Positions 20,937 to 30,147 of a DNA stretch of 60,964 nucleotides are shown here, piece by piece. The notes beneath the pieces are model-generated. The model ran no database searches and had not been told where the DNA came from. It saw only the letters and a program-made list of their open reading frames with translations. The DNA is taken from contig JAUXFM010000002.1 in assembly GCA_030622955.1 (NCBI GenBank), forward strand, positions 1-60,964. Direction: 5' to 3'. How positions within the stretch are numbered: position 1 is the first letter of the stretch; each line of letters opens with the position of its first letter. A program made the position numbers and the translations under genes. Source of the stretch: Lentisphaerales bacterium. Lineage in GTDB: Bacteria > Verrucomicrobiota > Kiritimatiellia > JAUXFM01.

Positions 20937-21890
20937 ATGGATCGTTCATGGGCAGACAGGCTTGAATATATCGGTATCGCTGTTGAAGAACCCGGATATC
21001 ATGTATGGGGATCATCGCCAATCATTGGGCCAGAAGGAAATACCAACCTCTTTGTTGCACGTTGGCCGACTTCGGCCCCATTTACTCCAGGGTGGCATAC
21101 TCATTGCGAAATCGCCCTCTACATGAGCGAGAAACCTGAGGGGCCATTTACCTTCAAGGAAATCGTTCTCAGTGGAACAGAGGAAGACTCATGGGATAGA
21201 CTGGCGCCTCACAATCCAACGATACATAAAGTCGGCACCCAATATGCCCTCCTTTATATAGCGAATACCGGAGAAGGGTTTCCCGCTTCTCAACGGATCG
21301 GCATGGTCGTGTCAAAGAATATCGATGGGCCATGGAAGAAAGTCGGTAAAGACGGGCTTATACTTTCTCCGCCGGATAATCCGTCAGTTTGGTGCCATGG
21401 AAGTACGGTTGGGGTCAACAATCCCGCCCTTCTCAGTCGACCTGACGGTCGCTTCTTTCTCTATTTCAAGGCGATGCGTAAGGGAAATATTCGCCGCATG
21501 GGTGTGGCTATTGCCGAGAACCTTGAGGGTCCCTATGTTTTCCATGACAAACCTCTGACCAACAACAGGACAACCATTGAAGACGGATACGCATTTATAG
21601 AAGACAGAAGAACCTATCTCCTGACGACGGACAACCATAATGGGGCAGGTTTGTTGTGGATGTCCGACGATGGCATTACCTTCCACGATCCGGTCGTGGG
21701 ATTCGATCGGATGGAACAGTACATTCCGGAAGATATCGTGAAGGCAGCCACAAACTGCAGAGACAAGAAGTTCGAACGTCCACAGGTGCTTATCCAGAAC
21801 GGTCATCCTGCCTATCTATACATGCCATCAGGAGTGAACATTCGTGGCGGCAACGGTTCCTGCTCGTACGTCTTTAGAATCAATAAATAG
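20937..21890 (+). CDS. putative glycoside hydrolase, five-bladed beta-propeller type (GH43/117-like); family uncertain, no signal peptide
   Basis: 317-aa ORF with repeated propeller-like strands: HNPTIHKVGTQYALLYI, VNNPALLSRPDGRFFLYF, IEDGYAFIEDRRTYLLT. The family assignment was not verified. Confidence 0.5.
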   Translation: MDRSWADRLEYIGIAVEEPGYHVWGSSPIIGPEGNTNLFVARWPTSAPFTPGWHTHCEIALYMSEKPEGPFTFKEIVLSGTEEDSWDRLAPHNPTIHKVGTQYALLYIANTGEGFPASQRIGMVVSKNIDGPWKKVGKDGLILSPPDNPSVWCHGSTVGVNNPALLSRPDGRFFLYFKAMRKGNIRRMGVAIAENLEGPYVFHDKPLTNNRTTIEDGYAFIEDRRTYLLTTDNHNGAGLLWMSDDGITFHDPVVGFDRMEQYIPEDIVKAATNCRDKKFERPQVLIQNGHPAYLYMPSGVNIRGGNGSCSYVFRINK

Positions 21891-22132
21891 AGGCAGGCGA
21901 ACAATCCGGATGCAGGTGACAGATAACAGCCTCGCCTGATCGGCAACATTCGATGCACGCATGACATGAGGGAAACATGAAGGCTTCGCGCATTGCCTTG
22001 GCTCTTCTGACTTACGCTGTCGCTCCCAGGATTCCCTCGCGTGCTACTGAGAAAGAAGAGGGCCCCGTCAACTTCGAACAATCACTGCAAGCCGTTTTGG
22101 CGCGAGCGAAGAAGGAACACATACAGGACCGA

Positions 22133-23845
22133 CTACTTCGCCCTCAATCGTTTCGTCTCATTTTCACCACCGTTGATCAGATGCATCAACGGGACGGGTC
22201 GGTCGGTTTCGGAGATGAATTGCGGACGTTCCTGCCAGGGCGCCACGGAAATGACGTTGGTCAAGTCCATCCAGTACTGAAGTCTCGCGACCTCCAACCC
22301 CCAGATCATATGGAAATGGTTCGCAGGCGCGAACTGCTTGTATTCTTCCATTGAAGCATATTTCGGCACCACCCAGCTGTGCGGCCACGTAACATTCGAG
22401 CTGTTCGCAACGGCACAAGCCAGCTTCTTCGGCATATCCACCGTAGTCGCTTCATCCCATATCATGCTGAACATGCCGTTGAGCTGACTGAACGCCAACC
22501 TGCCGGCAATACCTTCAATGCCGCCCGGAGAAATGAAACTGACACTGTTCCCTCCGCCCGGGAAGTAATATAACTCCGCGCCAGGCAACGAAACATTTTT
22601 CATGATCTTGCTCATGGATGTGCCGGGTTTTGCCGCCCAGTCGAGACTGGCCGATCCGGAATTGTCACCGTCGACAATCCCGCGCTTCGCCCATACCTCC
22701 TGCCCCCTGCATTTGACTTTGAGCTTCTTCGCCAGCTTCCTCAGCTCTGCCGGCATCCAGACCTTCCGGAAGTCCATGAAGAGCGGAGGATTACCACCGG
22801 ACAACCACGACATAAAGAGCATCGTCAGGAGTCCCTGAACATCTGCCTCCGTGGCGAAGGGACAGACTTCTTTCGGCCCGTTATGGTCGAAGCTCGAGTT
22901 CATGAGCGATTCCGCAAGGTCACAGATTGGTAGAGGGATCCCACGCGGTTCACTGCCCCACTCCAACTGGTTCATGAATCCGCCACCGACGGCATTATGA
23001 TCCTTCACGAGATCACGCATGATCAGATACATCGCAAGCGACTGATCGAATAACTTGGAACCGTTCGGTTGCGACATGTCAAGACGCTTGCCGACATGCT
23101 TATCCACCCAGCTTCGCAAGTCTTTCAGTTCCTTCTTGTTATACGCACCCTTATTCAGCATGTCGGCCAAAAGCTTCATGTCGAGCCGAGAGATCTCGAT
23201 CCCGAACGTATTGCGGGTAGGCAGCACATGTGCGAGCGCTGTTTCCATGCCCATGGAATCGTGACCAAACACTACAACTCTGCGCCCCTGCAATCCAACA
23301 ACCGTGAGCGCGGCGTAACACCAATCGACCAATGCTTTAACGGTCTCAGCCGACGGTTTCGGATTCATCCCGGTGTCAGGCCATGTCCCGACGTTGAGAT
23401 GGGTCAAGCGACCCGACTGAGCAAGAGCGCCGTTCAGCGCATGTGCGAACACAACACCAGGCTTCGGCGCACTGTTGCCACAGGTTATGTTGACAGGCGT
23501 GTTCTCGGGAAACTGGGCTATCAGGCTCATGAAGGAAAGCTGCGGGAATGCCCATGTATCCGGTGTGCAGACGATGGTATTAACACCTGCATCCTTGAAT
23601 TCTGCGGCAACCGCATCAGCCTGGCGCTCATTATCGATCAGGGTCGAAGTCCAGACAACATCAACGGGGCTGCCGTCCGGCATCCGCACTTCCTTAGCCA
23701 TGATATTGGCAATCGTCTCCACGATATTGATCGCGCGTTCGCGCGAAGGCTTATCAATACGTGGATCACCCGCCGCCACTACACCAAATGTGACCGCTTT
23801 TGCCTTTGCCAAGCTGCTTCCCTTGAGTTTCCTTGCTTCAATCAT
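22133..23845 (-). CDS. fucI: L-fucose isomerase family protein
   Basis: Colinear by eye with E. coli FucI, including LMNSSFDHNG, FATEAD, FMDFRKVW, NVTWPHSW and ANHFH, the regions that hold the FucI Mn ligands as I recall them. ATG 23845 lies 9 nt after GAGGAG. Confidence 0.85.
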   Translation of the reverse strand: MIEARKLKGSSLAKAKAVTFGVVAAGDPRIDKPSRERAINIVETIANIMAKEVRMPDGSPVDVVWTSTLIDNERQADAVAAEFKDAGVNTIVCTPDTWAFPQLSFMSLIAQFPENTPVNITCGNSAPKPGVVFAHALNGALAQSGRLTHLNVGTWPDTGMNPKPSAETVKALVDWCYAALTVVGLQGRRVVVFGHDSMGMETALAHVLPTRNTFGIEISRLDMKLLADMLNKGAYNKKELKDLRSWVDKHVGKRLDMSQPNGSKLFDQSLAMYLIMRDLVKDHNAVGGGFMNQLEWGSEPRGIPLPICDLAESLMNSSFDHNGPKEVCPFATEADVQGLLTMLFMSWLSGGNPPLFMDFRKVWMPAELRKLAKKLKVKCRGQEVWAKRGIVDGDNSGSASLDWAAKPGTSMSKIMKNVSLPGAELYYFPGGGNSVSFISPGGIEGIAGRLAFSQLNGMFSMIWDEATTVDMPKKLACAVANSSNVTWPHSWVVPKYASMEEYKQFAPANHFHMIWGLEVARLQYWMDLTNVISVAPWQERPQFISETDRPVPLMHLINGGENETKRLRAK

Positions 23846-23922
23846 TATCTGCACTCCTCTTCAGTTTCGGATTTCGGAATGTGAATTTCGAATTTGACAG
23901 TAACCGGTCTACCGAACAGTGT

Positions 23923-25407
23923 CTATGCTCCCGTAAGCGCGTGAAAACATTCATAAGCCTTCTCGAAATCTGCTCTGTCCGTCGGCTCGTAATTGATCGG
24001 TTCAAAGGATCTCTTCATCAGCTCCTTGCCATCTTCCCTCGTCGCCAAGGCACCGGCAGCCATCATCTGAACGATGATATTGCCAGCCGAAGATGCCTCA
24101 ACGGGACCGGCGATCACCGTGCGATTGATCGCATTGGCTGTGAGTTGGCTGAGCATAACATCCTTTATCCCGCCGCCAACGATATGCAACACATCTATTC
24201 TCCTGCCAGTAAGCTTCTCAAGATTGCTGAACACGGTCCGACATCTGAAGGCGAGGCTTTCCAGTGCAGTTCTGGCGAACTGACCCGGCGTTTCAGGAAC
24301 AGGTTGATCCGTTCGCACACAGTAATCTCTGATGCGTGCTGGCATGTCACCCGGTGTTGTGAAAGATGGATCGTCAGGATCAATAAAAGACCTGAACGGT
24401 TCCGATTCCTGAGCAAGCTTGCCTATCTCGCCGAAATCCATCTCGCTCCCCGCTTCCGCCCACGCGCGCCTACACTCCTGCAGTATCCAGAGCCCCGTAA
24501 TGTTCTTGAGCAGACGGATCGTGCCTCCCACGCCGCCTTCGTTCGTAAAGCCGAAATCGTAGGCACTATCGCTAACAACCGGTTCCGCAGACTCGATCCC
24601 CATGAGTGACCAGCTCCCTGAACTCAGATACGCGTACGAATCGCTCTCAGCGGGAACCGCAGCAACCGCAGATGCTGTATCGTGACCTCCGACAGCAACC
24701 ACATTGACATTCTGCAGGCCGGTCGCTCCCTGGATCTCGGGCAAAATGGGTCCCAGACAAGTACCAGGCTGCGTGATGTCGCCAAACAGATGGGTCGGGA
24801 TGCCCATCTTCGCCATCATGCCGGTCGCCCAATCACGCTTCCTCACATCTAGCAGTTGTGACGTACTGGAGATCGTGTATTCGTTGGTTGCTACGCCGCT
24901 CAGCATGTAATTCACAAGATCCGGGGTAAAGAGCAGGCGCGAAGCTTTCTTCAATTCCTGACGACCCGCCACCACTTCTGAAAGAATTTGGAAAAGGGTG
25001 TTGAAGAACATGAACTGGATGCCCGTCGTTTCATATATCTCACGGCGCGGCACCCGCTTGCAGGCCTCTTCCTCCATCTTCTCAGTGCGTGGATCCCTGT
25101 AGGCGAAGGGCATGTCGATGAGCTTGCCGGATTCATCAAGCAAGCCATAGTCAACACCCCATGTGTCGACGCCAACGCTGACAATGTCTTTACCAAACTT
25201 CGCTGCGGCTGCCTTAAACCCTGTCTTGATTGACTGCAACAAAACATCGAAATCCCATCGAAATGATCCATCTCGCTCCTGCGGCTGGTTCTCAAATCGA
25301 TGCACTTCTTCGATCGCAAGCTTCTCACCATCGTAGATGCCGGCCATGACACGACCGTTCGATGCACCAAGGTCTGCTGCAAGATAGACCTTACGGGTAT
25401 CCGCCAT
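23923..25407 (-). CDS. rhaB: FGGY-family sugar kinase, rhamnulokinase-like
   Basis: AADLGASNGRVM, VGVDTWGVDYGLLD, AYRDPRT and GIQFMFFNTLFQ parallel E. coli RhaB. Its ATG shares one nt with the deoR stop codon (TAATG). Confidence 0.85.
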   Translation of the reverse strand: MADTRKVYLAADLGASNGRVMAGIYDGEKLAIEEVHRFENQPQERDGSFRWDFDVLLQSIKTGFKAAAAKFGKDIVSVGVDTWGVDYGLLDESGKLIDMPFAYRDPRTEKMEEEACKRVPRREIYETTGIQFMFFNTLFQILSEVVAGRQELKKASRLLFTPDLVNYMLSGVATNEYTISSTSQLLDVRKRDWATGMMAKMGIPTHLFGDITQPGTCLGPILPEIQGATGLQNVNVVAVGGHDTASAVAAVPAESDSYAYLSSGSWSLMGIESAEPVVSDSAYDFGFTNEGGVGGTIRLLKNITGLWILQECRRAWAEAGSEMDFGEIGKLAQESEPFRSFIDPDDPSFTTPGDMPARIRDYCVRTDQPVPETPGQFARTALESLAFRCRTVFSNLEKLTGRRIDVLHIVGGGIKDVMLSQLTANAINRTVIAGPVEASSAGNIIVQMMAAGALATREDGKELMKRSFEPINYEPTDRADFEKAYECFHALTGA

Positions 25408-26186
25408 TACTTCTTCCCTCCCGGCGCAGGAACCTTCGAGGTCTTCACCCCCATCTTCTCAACTCCAGCGAGAAAGTCTGCCGATGTGTCGCTGTCGGTA
25501 ATGAACTCAGTGAACTCGATGAGCGAACATATCTGGCAAAAAGAACGAACGCCCAGCTTGCTGCTGTCCGCCAGCAGTATCTTCTGCTCGGCATTCTCAA
25601 CCATCAACCTACGCAGGTTCGCCTGCTCCTCAGTACCGTCACTTATTCCGTGTTCAAGATCGACCCCCTGACAGGACAGGAAGAGTTTATCCACATGATA
25701 GCCGGCCAGTTGCTGTTCGGCTGTAGGGCCAACGAAAGAAAGAGAGCGCTCAACCAGTCTGCCACCCAGAACAAAGACATCAATCATCTTTCGCGATGAT
25801 AGAACAAGGGCAATCTGCGCTGAGTTTGTGATGACCGTGATCGGCATGTCGGACATTCCTTTCGCCATGTGCCATGCAGTAGTACTCGCATCAAGGAGTA
25901 TGCGGTCACCTTCTTTTACCTTATTTAGGGCGAGATCAGCGATCGCGTTCTTCTCTTCTTCGTGGACGGCCTCACGCCAGGCGAACGGCATCTCTCGTTG
26001 ATTTACATCGCTCGATACTGCACCCCCGTGACTACGGACCACGCGCCCCACGTCTTCAAGTTTCGCTAGGTCTCTGCGAATCGTCTCTTCCGTCACTCCA
26101 AAGCGCCCGGCCAGATCGGTGACCTTCGCGCTGCCTGCGCTCTCAATTACCTCCACGATCTCCCTGTGTCTCTCGACGGCCAGCAT
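25407..26186 (-). CDS. DeoR-family transcriptional regulator
   Basis: N-terminal HTH KVTDLAGRFGVTEETIRRDLAKLE plus a DeoR-C sugar-phosphate-binding-type C-terminus. ATG 26186 lies behind GAGGGAG. The ORF-track start at 26201 is TTG. Confidence 0.88.
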   Translation of the reverse strand: MLAVERHREIVEVIESAGSAKVTDLAGRFGVTEETIRRDLAKLEDVGRVVRSHGGAVSSDVNQREMPFAWREAVHEEEKNAIADLALNKVKEGDRILLDASTTAWHMAKGMSDMPITVITNSAQIALVLSSRKMIDVFVLGGRLVERSLSFVGPTAEQQLAGYHVDKLFLSCQGVDLEHGISDGTEEQANLRRLMVENAEQKILLADSSKLGVRSFCQICSLIEFTEFITDSDTSADFLAGVEKMGVKTSKVPAPGGKK

Positions 26187-26209
26187 GCGCAACTCCCTCA
26201 ACTGTGGGC

Positions 26210-26241
26210 AAATGTCTGTTTCTGCCCGAAAATGTCTTTTT
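26210..26241. promoter_or_regulatory. direct repeat AAATGTCTGTTT / AAATGTCTTTTT (20-bp phasing) in the divergent deoR / PHP-operon control region; candidate operator
   Basis: Read directly: 26210-26221 and 26230-26241 match at 11 of 12 positions. The location is between divergent start codons. Regulator binding is inference. Confidence 0.3.
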
Positions 26242-26307
26242 ATGTTTGAAATTACAAGGAGAATATGAGATTTTCATTGCTGGCGTGGCAAAAATCCAAA
26301 AGAAGGT

Positions 26308-26330
26308 GCCCGAAAATGCCCGAAAATGCC
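26308..26330 (+). repeat. 10-bp tandem duplication GCCCGAAAAT x2.3 spanning the likely PHP-gene start codon
   Basis: Read directly: gcccgaaaat gcccgaaaat gcc. A third copy of GCCCGAAAATG lies at 26224-26234. Confidence 0.9.
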
Positions 26331-27527
26331 GTAAACATGCATGTCCATACGACCTACTCGTACAATGCGTACGGATATACACCGGCCGGCTATGCCGAAC
26401 TGGCTCTCGAAGCCGGTCTGGAAGTTGCCGGAATCGTTGACTTCGATGTGCTTGATGGCCTCAACGAATTCAGGGCCGCAGGCCAAGACCAAGGTCTCAA
26501 AACCTGTGTCAGCCTCGAGTCGCGCGTCTTCGTGCCGGAGTTCGCCGACCGCGTGATTAACTCGCCGGGCGAGCCGGGCATCGCCTATCACATGGGAATC
26601 GGCTTCACCACAACAGATCTGACCGCAACTGCTACCTCCTTTCTGGAAAATATGCGTCAGCGTGCATCTGCTCGCAACAGGGAACTGGTCGCACGCGTCA
26701 ACGCCTTCATGTCACCAGTTGAACTCGACTACGACAATGACGTCATACCTCTCACGCCCACAGGCAACGCAACAGAGCGACACATCTGTCTCGCATACGC
26801 GAACAAGGCAGTAGCACAGTTCGATTCTGCCGAATCTCTTTCGACATTCTGGCGTGAGAAGCTCGGGACGAACGATCTGGATCTTCCCAACGGCCCGCAT
26901 ATCCAGAGCTTCATCCGATCGAAAACAATGAAACGGGGTGGGATCGGATACGTTCAACCTGGCTCAGGCTCTTTCCCAACAATGAAAGAGATGAATGAGT
27001 TCGTCCTTGCGGCTGGCGCCATCCCTTGCTTCACCTGGCTGGATGGCACATCACCAGGAGAACAAGCCATCGAAGAACTTTTTGATGTCGGCATCGCTAC
27101 CGGCGGGGCGTTCCTTAACGTCATCCCCGATCGCAATCTCCAGGGTGGCACAGCGTCCAATCTCTGTGATGTTATCAAGCTGGCTCGCTCGCTAGACATG
27201 CCGGTAATCGCCGGCACCGAGATGAACAGTCCCGGCACACGTTTTGTCGACGACTTCGATTCCCCTGAACTTGCCCCCCTACTCCCTGAGATCCATCGTG
27301 GTTCCCTCATCGCCTATGCGCATTCTGCACTCCAGGCGCAGGCAGGGCTGGGCTATCTCAGCGAATGGGCTACCAACAACTTCAACAGCATCGCCAACAA
27401 GAACAGCTTCTATGAAAAGATTGGCGCAGGCCTTGATCCATGCAAGGAATCGCTTCTCTCAAAGGCCAACAGTTCGTATCAACCGCCCCGAATCCTTTCA
27501 TTGCTCGAGGAGACCGATGATGAATAG
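26316..27527 (+). CDS. PHP-domain (polymerase/histidinol-phosphatase-like) metal-dependent phosphoesterase
   Basis: MPENAVNMHVHTTYSYNAYG is a typical PHP N-terminal HxH motif. The start is ambiguous: ATG 26265 or ATG 26316. Confidence 0.7.
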   Translation: MPENAVNMHVHTTYSYNAYGYTPAGYAELALEAGLEVAGIVDFDVLDGLNEFRAAGQDQGLKTCVSLESRVFVPEFADRVINSPGEPGIAYHMGIGFTTTDLTATATSFLENMRQRASARNRELVARVNAFMSPVELDYDNDVIPLTPTGNATERHICLAYANKAVAQFDSAESLSTFWREKLGTNDLDLPNGPHIQSFIRSKTMKRGGIGYVQPGSGSFPTMKEMNEFVLAAGAIPCFTWLDGTSPGEQAIEELFDVGIATGGAFLNVIPDRNLQGGTASNLCDVIKLARSLDMPVIAGTEMNSPGTRFVDDFDSPELAPLLPEIHRGSLIAYAHSALQAQAGLGYLSEWATNNFNSIANKNSFYEKIGAGLDPCKESLLSKANSSYQPPRILSLLEETDDE

Positions 27528-29160
27528 CGGCATCCCAAAAACACAACGTGCCATCCAGCTCATTGGTGTCGACGAGCTGCGTCTGAAACAGGATAAGCCA
27601 GTCCACCGATGCGGACCCTACCAGGTCCTCGCAAAGGTCGAAGTCGCAGGACTCTGCTTCTCCGACCTCAAACTGCTGAAGCAGTTTTCCTCTCACATCA
27701 GGAAATCAGAAATCGTCTCCGGCATCGATCTCGAACTGCTCAAGGAGATCCCGAGCTACGTGCCCGGCGATGCAGCGGTCGTTCCCGGCCATGAAACGGT
27801 TGTACGTATCGTAGAAGTTGGTGAAAAGGTCGAGGGTATAGCACCAGGCGACCGGCGCCTCGTGCAAACAGACTACCGCTGGATCAAAACTGCGCAATCG
27901 AACGCAGCATTCGGATACACCTTTGAAGGCGGCCTGCAGGAATACGTACTCATGGACATGCGGATCATCACCGATCCCGATGGGGAGAATATGCTTATAC
28001 CCGCATCGGAAGAACTCTCCGCTTCCTCAATAGCACTCGTCGAGCCCTGGGCCTGTGTCGAAGACGCATACGTTACAGTCGACCGCAATACGTTGAAAAA
28101 AGGCGGAAACTGCCTGGTCGTCAACATGCCTGATGATGCGAAAGACAAGCTAAGAAGCTTCCTTGTCGATCAGCCAATGTCCGCATCAATGCATTGTATT
28201 GACGGCATGCCGAACAAGTTAGCCGATAACAGCATTGATGATCTCCTTTTCTACGGAACCGATGCCGACCTGCTCGAGAAACTGTTCGACAAGATGGCGC
28301 CTGGCGGGCGGGTCATCCTCATGCAATGTGGCGACACCTTCGCGCGCGACGTGGTTACGCCGGTCGGCCGTATCCACTACACCGCCCTGCGGATATCCGG
28401 CACAGTGGGCAATGACCCCCAAAAGGCCTTGTACACACCGCCCAGCGCGGAGATCAGACCGAACGATCGGATAGATATCGTTGGCGCAGGTGGCCCGATG
28501 GGCACAATGCACGTCATCCGCGATATCTGCCAGGGCGTTCCGGGTGTAAACATCTTTGCCGGGGATATGAGTAACGAACGCCTTGCCGCGCTTTCAGAAG
28601 TCGCCATCCCATTGGCCACAACCAACAAGGTTGGCTTTGAAACGTACAACGCAAAATTGAATCCGCCAGCTGACCCGTTCGACCACATAGCAATAATGGT
28701 CCCCGCCCCGGCTCTTGTTGCACAGGCAATAGAACGCTGTACCAGCAATGCTATGATCGATATTTTTGCGGGCATCCCAGTGACCGTCTACCACCCGCTC
28801 AACCTTAACGACATTATCTCCAAACAGATTTACATGTTCGGCACGAGCGGATCGGCAATGAGTGACATGCGAGTCGTACTCGACAAGGTTTCCGCCGGCA
28901 ACCTCAACACGGACCTTTCAGTGGCCGCAATCTCAGGCCTGGACGGCGCTGCCGAAGGCATGAAGGCGGTCGAACACCAGCAGATAATTGGCAAGGTCGT
29001 TGTCTATCCTGCATGTCATGGCCTTGGCTTGACGAAACTCGAGGATCTGGAAGACTCATTCCCGACCGTTGCTGCCGCACTGGAGAAGGGCAAATGGACC
29101 ATGGCAGCCGAAGATATTCTTCTCCGATTATTCAGAAATGGAGGAAACGGCAATGACTGA
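27517..29160 (+). CDS. atypical long zinc-type MDR alcohol/polyol dehydrogenase (547 aa)
   Basis: GroES-like part with GLCFSDL and PGHETVVRIVEVG. The glycine motif IVGAGGPMG appears only ~390 aa in, and the C-terminus is the MDR type ...IIGKVVVYP. ATG 27517 overlaps the PHP gene by 11 nt. The ORF-track start at 27244 was rejected. Confidence 0.8.
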   Translation: MMNSGIPKTQRAIQLIGVDELRLKQDKPVHRCGPYQVLAKVEVAGLCFSDLKLLKQFSSHIRKSEIVSGIDLELLKEIPSYVPGDAAVVPGHETVVRIVEVGEKVEGIAPGDRRLVQTDYRWIKTAQSNAAFGYTFEGGLQEYVLMDMRIITDPDGENMLIPASEELSASSIALVEPWACVEDAYVTVDRNTLKKGGNCLVVNMPDDAKDKLRSFLVDQPMSASMHCIDGMPNKLADNSIDDLLFYGTDADLLEKLFDKMAPGGRVILMQCGDTFARDVVTPVGRIHYTALRISGTVGNDPQKALYTPPSAEIRPNDRIDIVGAGGPMGTMHVIRDICQGVPGVNIFAGDMSNERLAALSEVAIPLATTNKVGFETYNAKLNPPADPFDHIAIMVPAPALVAQAIERCTSNAMIDIFAGIPVTVYHPLNLNDIISKQIYMFGTSGSAMSDMRVVLDKVSAGNLNTDLSVAAISGLDGAAEGMKAVEHQQIIGKVVVYPACHGLGLTKLEDLEDSFPTVAAALEKGKWTMAAEDILLRLFRNGGNGND

Positions 29161-29965
29161 TAGACCTCTGGAAGGCCAACGCGTGGTCATCACCGGCGGT
29201 GCGCAGGGACTCGGCGAAGCACTTACCGAACGACTTGCCCGTGAAGGTTGCGACATTGTCATAGGCGACATCAATGGTGACGGCGCAGAGGCCGTCGCAA
29301 CACGTATTGCCAGTGAAACAGATCGCAAGATCCTGGCTACATGCGTCGATGTAACAAACGAAGCAGCTGTGAAGCTGCTCTTTGATATGGCGGCCAAGAA
29401 ACTTGGTGGTGTCGATATCGCCATATCGAACGCGGCCATCCTGATCGCAGAGCCAGTCGTCGACGCAGATGCAGAAAAATGGCGTGCCGTGATGAACGTG
29501 AACTTATTCGGCAACTTCCTAGTCACACGTGAAGCGTGTCGCGTGATGAAGAAACAGGGCAGCGGATCCATAATTCAGATCAATTCCAAGTCGGGCAAGA
29601 AGGGTAGCGCCCGCAACTCGGCATATGCCGCATCCAAGTTCGCCGGCATCGGGCTCATCCAGAGCGTGGCCATTGAAATGGCAGAATTTGGCATTCGCTG
29701 CAACGCTATTTGTCCCGGCAACCTGCTGGACGGTCCGCTCTGGACGGACCCTGCGAAGGGATTGTTCGTCCAGTACCTCGAGGCAGGCAAAGTACCAGGC
29801 GCAAAGACAATTGATGATGTGAGAGAACATTACGTTAACCAGGTCCCGATGAAACGGGGCTGCACCTACAAGGATGTCGAAAATGCGGTCATCTTCCTGG
29901 CCTCGCAACAATCATCATACATGACAGGTCAGGCGATCAACGTTACCGGCGGACAGCAGATGTAG
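29153..29965 (+). CDS. SDR-family dehydrogenase, sorbitol-6-phosphate 2-dehydrogenase (SrlD)-like
   Basis: VVITGGAQGLG, IIQINSKSGKKGSARNSAYAASKFAGIGL, VPMKRGCTYKDV and YMTGQAINVTGGQQM closely parallel E. coli SrlD as I recall it. GGAGGA lies 7 nt before ATG 29153. The gene overlaps the MDR gene by 8 nt. Confidence 0.88.
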   Translation: MTDRPLEGQRVVITGGAQGLGEALTERLAREGCDIVIGDINGDGAEAVATRIASETDRKILATCVDVTNEAAVKLLFDMAAKKLGGVDIAISNAAILIAEPVVDADAEKWRAVMNVNLFGNFLVTREACRVMKKQGSGSIIQINSKSGKKGSARNSAYAASKFAGIGLIQSVAIEMAEFGIRCNAICPGNLLDGPLWTDPAKGLFVQYLEAGKVPGAKTIDDVREHYVNQVPMKRGCTYKDVENAVIFLASQQSSYMTGQAINVTGGQQM

Positions 29966-30147
29966 GAGGAGCTGGCAGTGTTCAGTGTTCAGGAAAGAGT
30001 AAGGCAGAGGTTAATGAAGAGGCAGAGTAATAGCCACAAGAGGATGCAAGATGTGCAACGAATGTGCTCGCCGACAGGTAAGCCATTCATCGTGCCCTGT
30101 TTCTGTGCTTTCCTGTGGCCATTGGTTTTTCAGTGGAGGAGCGAATA

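Noticed and set aside
23069-24609. Plus-strand ORFs 23069..23884 (271 aa) and 23833..24609 (258 aa).
   Set aside because: They are antisense to the fucI-like and rhaB-like genes, which have strong full-length family similarity. These ORFs show no motifs.
27244-27516. N-terminal 91-codon extension of the MDR ORF given in the ORF track.
   Set aside because: It overlaps the 3' end of the PHP gene in another frame and has a Ser/Thr/Pro/Arg-rich, non-domain sequence. The MDR family N-terminus (MMNSGIPKTQRAIQL...) begins at ATG 27517.
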